Assembly: GCA_002633005.1 (NCBI GenBank)
Contig: NMRA01000566.1
Span: forward strand, 1-64,000
Direction: 5' to 3'
From: Phoronis australis
Lineage: Eukaryota > Animalia > Phoronida
Length of the DNA: 64,000 nt
Part shown: positions 1-12,300 of the stretch, in pieces
Layout: every line of letters starts with the position of its first letter
Position numbering within the stretch: position 1 is the first letter of the stretch
Notes under the pieces: generated by a model
Database searches by the model: none
Seen by the model: only the letters and a program-made list of their open reading frames with translations
What the model was told of the DNA's origin: nothing
Translations under genes and position numbers: made by a program

Positions 1-205
1 TAGAGAGGTTCTAGTGTTACTGAACTCACCCCTGCCTTGTTGTCTATCTGCCTTGTTCGTGCCACTGGCAAAGGAAAGCGCCCAAGGTGGATATGCCTCC
101 CTAGTGTTCAGTGCACAAAATCCTTCAACTTGTCGATAGTCATTGTACCTTTGGGTTCATATTGTAATGTCCCTGCCGTTTGTTACAAATTTTTGTCGCC
201 ACCAG

Positions 206-2355
206 TCGCCAGAAACCTGATGTTCCCCCCACACACCGGGCACCCTAACGCTGAATATTTCTGCCAGTGTGATCATCAGTTGTATAAAAAGGTACACATT
301 CACAGTCAATAGAAAATAATTTACGAGAGACAATTTTATTAATGATTCGTTCATGACAGACATGAAGTAAAGAGAAGTAACGGTCTCGACTTCATATATC
401 ACACATCTTTGACTGGTATGCTACAAAACTAGACTAAACGTTGAGCTCATTTACTACTTCATTCAGTAAATCTGACGATATAACAGCATCTTCAGCAGAA
501 ATTGCATCGTCATAAACATAAACATTGCTTCAGACAACCTCCAAAAAATCCACCAATCTGCGATTCACTTAATATCACAGGTAAACACTTTACCAGTAGG
601 TTCTCGCAATGTTTTCTCCATTTTGGGACTTCGGAGGGTAAACGTTTTTACCTTACTTATCTCCTTCATCGAATATGTTCGTCAGAAAGTTCTTAACCTT
701 TGCTGAAAATTTTGTTGATCTTTTACCTTTTTTCAATGCCTAACCTATTGCTTCAGCATTCGTCTCATCCAAATAGTACTCTGAGGCTGTCTCAAATGAC
801 GCTCCGGTTCTTCCATCTGAAAGCATTTCTGACCACTGTCGTGCGATGTGGTCATACGTGGTTTCCCTCTGTAAATGTTCAGTGTGGTTACCCACATCCA
901 AATGCTTACCTAGTTTTGCGTCTGTAGCAAAAAATTTCGAGTAACCTTGCTGGGTACAAGGGAACATTTGTTGAGGCTCTTCACTAGATACAATGCCAAA
1001 CTTAACTCTTGGTGTTGAAAATCCGCCATGTCTCAGAGAGATGTTAGTGTATTTTAAAGAAATAGGTTTCCCATTTTCTCAGTATTTGTAGGAACTTAGA
1101 GTCACCTACATGGAATGATTTCCACACGCGAATTCCTTGGGTGGAATAGTAGGAATTTGGGAATGTGAGTTTTCAGAAAAAAGTAACAATTAAAAAATGA
1201 CAAATCCCGACTTAAGACTCATTTTGTGGTGGTGGGTCACATATAAGGTCAAAAATAGAACAAATGGACGGTTTTGGTCTGTTTCCAACTCGTTTTGAAA
1301 CATGTGTTACGCAGCTGATACCATGTACATGAAACATTGGATAAAAAGTGTCTCGACCGTTTCAGCTGCTAACAGATGACGCTGTAATTAAATAAGTAAG
1401 AATAAACTCATAGGCAAATTCAGTGGGGTGGCAAGGGACCTGGGTTTCCCTCCCTTGGCGGCCGCAAGCAAAATGAAACAGTAAAACAGCGTGAAGCGTG
1501 AGGAAATATTGAGTTCAGGAGCTAGGACCGGTAGCGGACGAGGGGGGAAAAGTTCCCGTTTTTTTTTATTCCACCCATAGATTTTATGAACAGGTCTACA
1601 TCTTCGCTCTTTGCCCGATTCCCCGAGGTTGTTGGGCTCCCTTATGGTATCCTAGATCCGCCACCGTAAGCAGATCCTTTTCAGATACATGTACCAATCA
1701 ATTGAATTTTCAATGAGAAATGGTTAATTTGGTTGGACCGTACTGACCAGAATCAATTATGCAAGTTGTTTTGTATAGTCTTACATTTAAACATATCGTC
1801 AGATTACGCATGGTGTAGAGTGTCACAGTTCAACACATTTCCTAATTGATATTCTTATTTTGGTTTGGCTTTTTACACATACATGTACTTCCGTGATAAA
1901 ACGTTAACACCAGCCCCATAAATACAGGTAATTACTGGAAAACGCAGTTCCCAGTGATGTGCTTCGATATTTTATATTTTAGTGATGTCTAAGGTCTGTT
2001 CATTAGGGTTTATATTTTGATGTATGTTCATTAGGATTTGTATTTTGCAAGTTTGGCAAGTCTTCGCGGGAAAACGCCATTCATTCCACGCAAAGCACGT
2101 GATCTCCAAGCAAGCATCCACACTCGAGTGAAGCCCTCTCTGGTCTGTGACTCGCCCTACTAAGCCTTTAAATTATATTTCAGACAACGCTGCCTTGCTT
2201 ATTGCACCCGCTACAAACACGGCAGATGCAGAACGGTGACCAAGCGAGTCCGAGTTCGCGTCCGATGCTACCTTCGCTTCAACAGGCCGCTAAAAACACC
2301 GATCCTCAGATGGAAATGGTTCAGGGTTCAGTGCTGCAGCTGTAGTTATCGCTGA
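206..2355 (+). CDS. 3' part of a gene for a small, Arg-rich, Cys-rich (cystine-knot-like) probably secreted peptide; terminal exon 2184-2355, tentative upstream exons 206-291 and 1914-1927
   Basis: Acceptor ttatatttcag at 2183, then the open frame QRCLAYCTRYKHGRCRTVTKRVRVRVRCYLRFNRPLKTPILRWKWFRVQCCSCSYR-TGA(2355). AATAAA at 2394-2399. The segment is GC-richer than its flanks. The upstream exons (VARNLMFPPHTGHPNAEYFCQCDHQLYKK; PHKYR) are phase-compatible but have weaker splice signals. Confidence 0.6.
520..975 (-). mobile_element. degenerate C-terminal part of a DNA transposase (Sola3-like)
   Basis: Minus strand reads FPCTQQGYSKFF..LGKHLDVGNH...RETTYDHIARQW...IG*ALKKGKRSTKFSAKVKNFLTNIFDEG...LSESQIGGFF, with stops and frameshifts. 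This matches the C2H2-like + GWALK + QI.GFFSR tail I recall from a marine-invertebrate transposase family. The superfamily name is from memory. Confidence 0.5.
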
Positions 2356-2393
2356 ATTCCAACAAGGTTCCAGCCGTCTACAGAGCGAATGTC

Positions 2394-2399
2394 AATAAA
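2394..2399 (+). terminator. polyadenylation signal of the Cys-rich peptide gene
   Basis: AATAAA 38 nt after the stop codon, followed by a T/GT-rich tract. Confidence 0.55.
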
Positions 2400-3300
2400 A
2401 CTATTGCTTTCTGCTTGATTTAGGTGTTTAATTTTCATTTTCAAATTTAAATGATGCTAAGTCTTGCCTGCCAGTGGGGAATTAGTACTTTCCTGAAAAG
2501 CACTCGCTTTTCACTCGCTTGATTTTGCGAGTTCGTTCGAGATCTTGCTTAACTCGCGGGAGCCTCAGTCTACGACACGCTACCGCAAGTGTATTAAATC
2601 TTTGACCCGACGGAACCCGCGAAATCAATTAGGTGTACTCATGGTTCGGCAATAGTCTGATATAACGTGCCCGCATTTTGAAAACCAGTTTAATGGCCGT
2701 TTTTTAGTGGGGAAAACTGGTTCTCAACCTTCGGGAACGTTATGCCGGACCATTAACCATTATTTAGCTAAAATCTTCCATGAATCACAAGGCGAATCGT
2801 ATGCGTATTTCTCCTAAGCCGTCGACTAAAACTTACCTAGAGCGTGTAAGTCAAGCATGCCGATTTGTCAGTCTTTTTGTCGTATTTCGGTCAGATATTT
2901 TCCAAATTTTGAGGTTCACGAGCTTTGTGTTGATTCAGAAATAACAGAAAACTATCTAATCGTGATTGGAACATTACTTTTTCTCATCAGCTAAAATTGG
3001 GTTGACATTCGTGCTTTTAGATACAGAGAGAGTGCGTGTACGCTGATATAATCAACATTGATAAAAATCTGGAAAGTATGCAACTACGAAGAAAGACAAC
3101 CTGTTTATTTTTCAGACAATAAGGCCAATGGTCCATATTGTAAAGCCCAACAACATACTAACAATTAAATACTCATGAACACACACATGTTACATCTTGA
3201 CAATAGATTCGCAATTCAAATTTTAATAAAATTTACACGAGTTTATTAACTCATTAATAGTGTACGTTTTCATTATTTTAACAAACGTACCGCCGACTAC

Positions 3301-6300
3301 ATGTCTGAAAAGAGGTAAGTTTTTAGGGACACATCGATAAAGAGAATCTCATTTGCACCTTTTGCAAACGTACAGTGCCCATTCTTTTACCAGCTGTTGA
3401 CATTGAACTGGACTGAGCATATCTGAATCTGGCCAAGCTCGCTAACTGAACTAGGTTCTTTACATGTGTTTCTAGATAATAATAATAAACATCGAGACTG
3501 GTGCGCTCTCATAGTTCTGTATTTCAATATTAGCATTCCATGGACCCGTTCCAAGAAACTGGTTTCTCATGTTTTACTCAAGTCTAAGATTTGTCTCAAC
3601 GTCCAAACTTTTAATCTGCCACATCAGGTAGAATAGTCAAAATTAAGGCAAAACTTTTAAAGTCAAGAACTTAAGTCAACCTTGAGATCACCACATCCAA
3701 AAGGACTTGGAACAAATTGACGAAAATTTAGAATATTTTGCCATTTCAGTTTTCTTGGAAGAGAATCCATACCTTTACGCGTATTTCAAAATTCAAATAT
3801 AAAAATCTCCTCGTCAGTTCCTCTTTGATTGATCTACACAATCCCAAAGCCAGTTGAACGTAGAAAAGTTTTTACATTTAATCCCCAGCTCTCTCTACAA
3901 ATCTCAGCGCTAGCACAACGTAACATGGTTTGTGTATCTATTTTGTGGAAACTTTTTAGCAGCAAGTAGACCATTCTTGTGACCACTGTGTGCACTCTGT
4001 CGCACGCATTGAAGAGGCCTTGACGTTATCTAAATGCATAAACAACACTATCTTTGGAGCAACGTGTTTTTTGTTGTTAGATTTTCGCCGATCTCATCAT
4101 CAGGGATGTCCCGAAACAATTTTAAAGGGACGTTTAGTGTACTTTTTGACACTTTGCTCAAATTTTTGCGTATAGGTACAGGTGCTTTAATTTGGGTATA
4201 AGCAGATGCCTTATCCCAGGAATACAGGCACATGTCTGCCCTCGACAAGGGGTCATATAAAGTTTTGTGATAATTAAACGGCCAGCACTATGCAGATTAT
4301 CAGTCAAGGTTTATATGTTGTATTGTTCATCATTGGGGAAACATGCACAATTATTTTCAAAATATAATTTTTGTTCGTAAGTTTACGCACTCAAGTATAC
4401 ATGTAGGCGCAGATTCCTATTTAGATGCAAGCATTCAAAATGTGTGCACATACATATACCGTAAGATTATAAAACAAAAATGACGTCTATGAACTCTACC
4501 CAATCACAGAATACATTGTTGATTTGGGATCGATATTTCACAGGTAAAAAGATTGTTTGACGCTCTTAGCTATCACTTACTTTCTTCACAATCACTATCT
4601 ATTTTGAAGACAGGTGTTTCCCACCTTTGTGAAATTTGACAGATTTCCCCATGTACTGTATTCTTGCCAGTATCCGGAGTGGGTCATCCTGAAAGTCAAC
4701 GGCATCGTTGATTACCAATGAAAAATGAAGAAGAGGGGAGAGGCTTTCAGAATTAGTTTTAAAATTAGCGTGTTAGTGATTTAATTGGAGTTCAAGTTAG
4801 GCCGAAACATGCTGAAACGTTGTCATCTTACTACTGATTGAAGGGGAAACAGAAAGACGACGTCCCTCTAAAGTAAGTTTTGTAATAAGTATTCCGAATT
4901 AGAATCTCATCTGGTTTCACTTTTAGTGGAATTATTTCACAAATGATTTACTTGTGCGATAGCAACGTTGAAGTTCTCACAAAGCATTTGTAGTGTTTTA
5001 ACATTAAAATGCTAAACTAAAAGAAAACAATTATGTGGCCTAGATTTTTATCTAGGGGAAATACAAAATAAATCATAACACAGCGCAGGTTGGAAACGTG
5101 TCATGTGACCTTAAGAATCCAGTTGGTAACAATCAACCATTCATACAAGTTTACTCCTGGGCCCGGTCTCTAATCTTAAGTTTGTACTCGAAACGAACTC
5201 GAAACTAATTTTGGAAATTTCTCTGCTCAATCACAAAAAAATCTTACACGGGAGGAGGGAAACCTTTTCCGGACCCTCCTTCCCCTCGCCGCTACGCGCC
5301 TAAGATTCACTCGGATCCTAACCCCCCCCCCTTTACTGAAAACGTAGATCTGCCACTGATATGCACGTAATTATTTTGGTGAATTAGCCGCGGAACTACA
5401 AATCTACTTACTTGTCGGGAGTCAAGTTACCCTTTTACAGAAACGTCAGGGCAAAAGTTGTACAGTAACAATGATGTGAATAATGTATTTGTATATCTAA
5501 ATACAGATTCCCCTAACATCTGCCCATAGCATATAAAATCGAGTTTCACAACATCTCTCTGTCAGCAAACACTGAATCAGCATGCGCTCACACGGCCTCG
5601 GTGCCCGGTCAATTACCTCTATTGCATCTGAAGCCGATAACGCAGAAGTTTATTCATTGCTGGCTTTTAAAAACATTGTAGTCAAGAATACTCCAAAGGC
5701 ATTACAAATTATATCTAATGAGACGGACTTTGTTTCAGTTTTATATAAGCATTGTTTGGGGTGAGAATAATTCATTTTGAAACAGAACGCAGAATAATAA
5801 GCGTCAACATGGCGAGTGACTCGCAATCCTGACTTAGACGATAGCTCATCCGACGGATACTTCGCACCAGGTGGATTGTTAAGTTTCACAGGCTATCAAA
5901 TCGAACCGGAATACAGTGATCAAGAAATACTAGAGAGTCACCGTGAACATGCACAGGCAACGGAAAGTAAGCCGGCATTCGTCGGACTCACTGTCGACGA
6001 CTGCCGCCCATAGACTCGAAGATGTTTCACGGCCTCACACTTGCTATTAACAGGGTACTTTTCATTCTTCGCTACCCCAAGCCACTTCCTAAGCATTTCG
6101 GGCTGCTGAGGAAGTCGAAAAAACGACATACCAGTTCTTCTTGCAGCTGGATAGTTCGGACAACCGGGAGTGATGCACCACAACACAGCGGCGTTCACTC
6201 AGCAAATGAACCATTGGCATCGCTGCGTCGTATCTCATCTTCCTTACAGGTTAACGCGAAACCTCTCGGCAAGGTACGTTCGACCGTATGCGAGGCGTAA

Positions 6301-9300
6301 CCTGGTTCCCGGGCCTCACAAGCTGACGTGACGGATGGCTTGTGAAGGCTCAGGTACAGCGCAATAGAACGATGGTTTTCATTGGCTTTCAGGTGGCAAT
6401 TTTTAACCAGGAAGTTTGCTCTGCACATGCTGATATCAGGTATCATGTTTTCAGGTCGCTAGGTGTCCCTAGAGTAATAAGTTATTTTGCGACTGGGTCG
6501 CGTTTGCGTCGGGGGGAACTCTCTGGTGAGATAGCTGTTTATACATGTATATTTTGATATTACCAAATAACTGAAGTAAAATCATGTAATTATCTACTCC
6601 TTATTTGGAAAATGAACCTGAATTAACAATGGCTTCACTCTTTTCACTTGGCATTTTTTCAGTTTCATTTTGAACCCTTTTTGTGAATTGAAAACGCCCC
6701 GAAATCCTGGATTCTCCCCTGCTGTAAGATCTTACAGCAGGGGATGATCTGGGATTTTGAGTTAGGGAGTAGGTGAAATGGGCAGAGTATTTTGCCCGTC
6801 AAACATTTGCACCCCCAAGCTGCCAAATGGAATCTGGGATAATTTTAGGCAGGACCATGCCCCCCTTGCTGCGCCCCCCCCCACCTTCCCCCTATCCGTC
6901 TTTGTACAGTGTTACAGTAGACACTACTGGCACCCAAATTTCTCATTGGAGGTGAATTTAACCTTAGTGATTACCAAATTTAGTGGAGAATGATTGGCGT
7001 AAATTTTGAGCATGCACTGAAAACATTAACTTCCAAGGGCATCCAGAACACCTCGGGTGTTTTCGTAACCTCAAATTTCACCTAATAGGCGTGACTTGCC
7101 ATATTTTGGATGACATTAATCACCGAGAGGCTACGAAAATACCTGAAGTGTTTTTAAGAAAAAATTGTACATGTCAATAGGAAAGTAGCTACGAAAATAC
7201 CCGAGAGGTACATGTATTCCAACTGGGCCCTAACCTTTAGTTTTGTGCATATCTGGTACTTGAAGAATCTCCACCCATTTAGACAGTAGCTAAAAAACGT
7301 CCGAGGTTTGGACTTCAATAGAATTGTAGCCTAATGTTTCAAATGCACACTCTTTTTATAAGAGCTAATTCTAACAACTGAATCCTTTCGTAGTAATTAA
7401 ATTCCCTGTAAATAATAACTTTGCATAATTATGTTATCAATTGATTCTTCCATTAAGGCTCTCACCAAAATTGGTCAGTTTTAATCACTGTGCCAACTCA
7501 AAAAGGGTGAGGTTTTATCGTGCTGACTATACAAAAGAGTGTGTATAATTCTCATTTCACAGCAACAAACACCCTCAGAAATATTTGAATACTCTGTACG
7601 ACTATAGGATGGTAGTCAGAGCCAGAGGCACTGCTAAATGGCACCGACAAAAGCAATGTCAGGCATTATAAAACTATTGCTAGACTGGTTAATGTTTGTG
7701 TGTTTAGGACCATTGACTGTATTTTTATGCTCCTAACTTCTGTGGGTAGTGACAAGTGTGCCAGTGTATTACAGTGTATACATTACAATGACATTACCAA
7801 TGTCATGAATAGCAGAATTTCAGCACATACATGTATCCTTATCTGACCCAATAATTCAACCTTCACGGTAATCACGGGAGCTTACATAACGTACATGAAC
7901 ATGTTAATATACGAGAGGGTGTGCTCTGAAAAGATCGAGGCAATCTCCCGTGGCCACGACGCACTCAGCTACTCCTTTCCCGCTATTCGGTGCTACAATG
8001 TGCCTAAAATGGCTGTTGTTGTGAATGGCCTAATCAGCTAACGGCTATCTCTTCTACAAATTATTTCGTAAAAAATCACATCACTTCAGAATACAGCATA
8101 GTATGCAAGATAATAATTATTGGGGACAAATAAAACAACAAGAATGATGTATATTTTAAGTTGTATTGGGAATTTCAGGGTCACAGCTCTACAAATAAAT
8201 ATTTCACAGAAGGAACCAGATGGGTTCCTTAATTACAAGAGATAACACACACATTTCCGATACCCAAAGTACAGTTGAGTATCGGATGCTAAGTGGCACA
8301 GATTAGCATAGTACCAAATGGGTACATAATACCAAATGGGTATTGGCCGATTGCCTACCAACTGGGTCGAGCAAATCGGCAAATTCAACAACAAGTACCA
8401 AGTGGGTACAAACTGCCAAATGGGCAAATATCATATAAAGTACCAAGTAGGTACACTAAACAGCCAACTGGGCTATAACAACCTGCAAAGCAGGGTTCCG
8501 GACAAGCTGAGTGAGCAGACCAGCCGGAGTGATAAAAAGAGATATTGTAAGGAACGTGGTGTTGTGGCTCAGTATGTGCCACGTGGGCAGGGTTGTTCAT
8601 GGATGAACAATCCTGTCCACCGCCACAACCCGCGTGGGGGCCGTGACCCTGGTAGAGGAGTGGCAGGGGTTGGGGGAAAAAGGTAGTCGGAAGCAATGAG
8701 AAAGGGACCGATGCCATTTATCATTAAATGTTTCGTATACGTTACTGGTGATATATTCCTTGACTCGTTAGCTTTGAAATGCGGGAGTTTGACGGGAACA
8801 GAGAGATTTAAACCGCTATAAATCCATCGGCATTCCCTTACTGGAAGTCGCCATGTTGGTAAACTAGTTTGACATATTATTCAACTGACCAATAGATGCC
8901 TTGTTTCTTGAAATCGGAACAGCCAATGATATTCCAAGAATGCACATGGAAAAGTGCGCTGTAGCAGACTCGTGGGTCTGTGCAGGACACTAATGCGAGG
9001 CGATGTGAACATAGACTGATTAAGACGGTAAAAAAGACACTAATTAAATCAGGTGGCATTCTCCTTTAATTGTCTTTTTAATTAATCAAAACCAGAAACC
9101 TTGTTCCAAAGCCACGAAACAACGCATTTAGTACATTGTTGGACAGCCTGTACACACATCGAGCTACAGTGAAATATCCAGGACACTCGATGTTCATGTC
9201 GGCTGCGGTGACACGCCTGCTGAGTGTGCAGCAATGGCAAGAACATTGTAGTATTCTGGCAAGAATACCATAGTATTTTTGGCAATGTTATAGTATTCTT

Positions 9301-12300
9301 GACAATACTATGGTATTCTTGGCAAAGGTCCGATAGTAACCGGCAGTCATGGCAAAGCTCTGAGAATACTATGTGCATGTCTCACTAGCATACAGGCATA
9401 GTTTAACGCCAGAAGCTAGCCTACATCCTTTGGCTGAAGAGCCTATTTCGTGTAAACATTGGGAAAAAGGTAATGACTGCGCGATGCCACTATTTCATGA
9501 ACTGACTTTGCAGGTATTTTGAAATACAATACTACAATGCAAACACAACTAACGATGGCTCATTCATAAACCGTTGCATTAATTAACAAGTGTGATAGAT
9601 CACATATAGAGATACCGGTAGCAAGTTAAGCGTTAGTACTTCAAAGAAAAACATGTTTTACATGTTACTGATGTACCTATTGTTCAAAGCACTGCGATAC
9701 TTTGATTTCAATTTTTACAGGTAAGCCACTAGACCATATATACAGTTGTAAGGTGTCCCAAAAAATGAACCACTTATTCGTACATGTAAGTAATTTCTCA
9801 GCAATGGATAAACCGATGTTTTAGTTTCTTACAGATAAAACTTAAGATACCATCAATAAGAGTACAAAATATCTTTACAAAATGGTCTGTGTCCAACTGT
9901 GTGAGTAGGCCTACTCTCAAAGAGAAGCTCGCTTATATCAGTCTATACTCAGTGTTGCCTCCATCTTCCTCCACGACAAAACGGAACTGTTTATTCCAAC
10001 CAGAAATGCTTCTCTTTATTTCCTCCATAGTAATTTCATCCCATGACATAACTATTCTGTATTTTACCTCTTGCATGCTCTGTGAATTTGCCTCTCATTC
10101 CCCAGTAAACTTTCTCCTTTAGAGAGTCCCATATGGCATAGTCCAATGGATTGTAGTCAGTTCTGATAGGAGGCCACTCATCCATTAAGGTGAATTTTAT
10201 GTGTGGCCTCCTCCAGATGAGCCTAGACTGTTTTGCTAGGGCGTGAAGGCGCCCCATCTTGATGAAACACGCAATTGTTTCCATAGAAAGTCGCCTGCAA
10301 TCCGAGAGAAGATTTTCATTCAATATCAGCATGTAGCGTTGACTGTTAACTTTGACTCTATCAGAGAGTATCGGACTTGCAGTGACAGCTAGTAAATATT
10401 TTCATTTAATACCATACTACACGTACGAGTAGGTAGGGGTTTTGACATGCAGATTTAATGTGGCGTGTTTATAACGTCGTCATCATTACATGGTCAAAAA
10501 TGCCGTGACTGCAAGAGTGACACAAAATAATGTCACCACAGATATGGCAATTGTACTTTTATCAGCGTCAATTCTTAACACCGTCGTAAATGTTGTCTTT
10601 CAAAAAGCCAGTAAAATGTACAGCCTCGACAGGTCATGATATTTATTAAACCTGGGCCTGATTTACATATGCCTGTGTTTATAATGTATATACATGTGTA
10701 TTACCAATGCTGGTATACTTTTAATGTAGCGTGTACGACTGTGCAAATATCAAGTTTCCCACATAATCAAATGCGTTTATTCACGCTTCCTCTTGCTGGT
10801 TATAGGGACTCATTGTCATATACATGTACATGTATATTTTGGGAAGAAGAACGGAAAGAGGAACGGACTGCCATAGAAAACTATTGAATCAACACTATTG
10901 GGTTGTAATAGAAAGCATCCGCGTGCCCACCTTCCTGGATTCTATATATGTTAACTGCTGGCTCCTATCGGAACAGAACTTAAATTAGAACGTTTTGAAT
11001 CCTCAAATCTGCGTTTCTTTTCGGAAGGTAAGTTAACATTACGTTCCAAACAATATTCATTATTATTATAATGATATAATTCTGGGACCGGGGAAGGTTG
11101 TGGAAGGGGTATGTATATTCGGTGCAACTAACAAGACCGAGTGATGTGGGTGCAATGCTTGTGTGGCATACGCTCGTCAGTTTCAAAGTTTCTAATTTTC
11201 ATGATGAAACAGTTGTGCTTTTAGTGAAAGGCGTGAAATGGACGCCGTGGTTGACCACAGAGATGATGGCAAAGAGAAAATTTCAAGAGAACGACCTCCA
11301 AGCAACAATATGATCGCACAAAGAAAGTTCATCGATCTCAAAAGATGGTAATAAACATTTCTCGTCTCAGCTTCGTTACCCCCTAAATTGTAGTCTGTTT
11401 AAGGAGTGCTTCATCCACACACGCGTATGGATTATACATGTAACTTATACATGTAAATGATTTGAGTCGTCATAATTGCCTCAGAAAATTTAGTGCGCGG
11501 GTAAAATGCAAGTATTTCCAAACGACAAAACTGGTTCCAAAGTTGAGGTCCGCAGGCTAACATTGGACAGGGTAAATAAATAGACCTGCGCCCTGGTGCC
11601 CTATCCATCGAAGACAATTCGGCAAGCGGTCGTCGACCGCTCGGAACAATAGCCGACTGGTCTGCTTTCAACAGAATGGCAGCTGACCTGGCTACCGATT
11701 GATAATTTCGACATTTGCGCATTAGTTGCCTATACATGTACGCCATTAGCAGATCCGAAATTATGGTGAGTGGTGAGATATTATTGTTTGGCTAAAATTT
11801 GTGTGACTGCCTGCATGTCCCTTTGACTATTCTTTTTGAATCATTATTTATACGCCATCCATAAAAACGCGTTTATTACTCCCTGGAATTGTTTTCTGTA
11901 AAAGTGGGCCGATTGTAACCCTGAAGGGCCGTTTCGCCGAAGACTTAATTTAGGGTTAAACCTTAGAAGTAAAGACGAGAAACGCAGGCCTGTGACTTGG
12001 AAATGATATGGATTCGATTTTTACGAGTTCTGTTTTTGTTGTTACAAATAATGTAAAATGAACCAATTTTCAATGTAAAGATGCAAATACATGTACATGT
12101 ACGTAGTGACATGGGTCACTATCAAAAGGGATAACTACATGTATGTGTGCGAAGACGAGCTAGTCAATAATTAATCAACTCCATTGAAAACATTTGTGGT
12201 CTTGCCATGTCCAGTTCTGATATTTTGATATTTTCGTACTATTTGATTGTAACTCTGCTTAATTATTTTAATAATTAAACAGAGTTACACTTAAAAGTGT

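Noticed and set aside
4801-4872. Additional BIVM coding exon (AG...gtaagt)
   Set aside because: In the phase required after exon 3301-3314 it contains an in-frame TGA; at most UTR
8212-8475. CRISPR array or repeat protein (ORFs 8293-8478, 8336-8686)
   Set aside because: Units are short, degenerate and irregularly spaced; the VPNGY-like peptide repeats are just translations of the DNA palindromes
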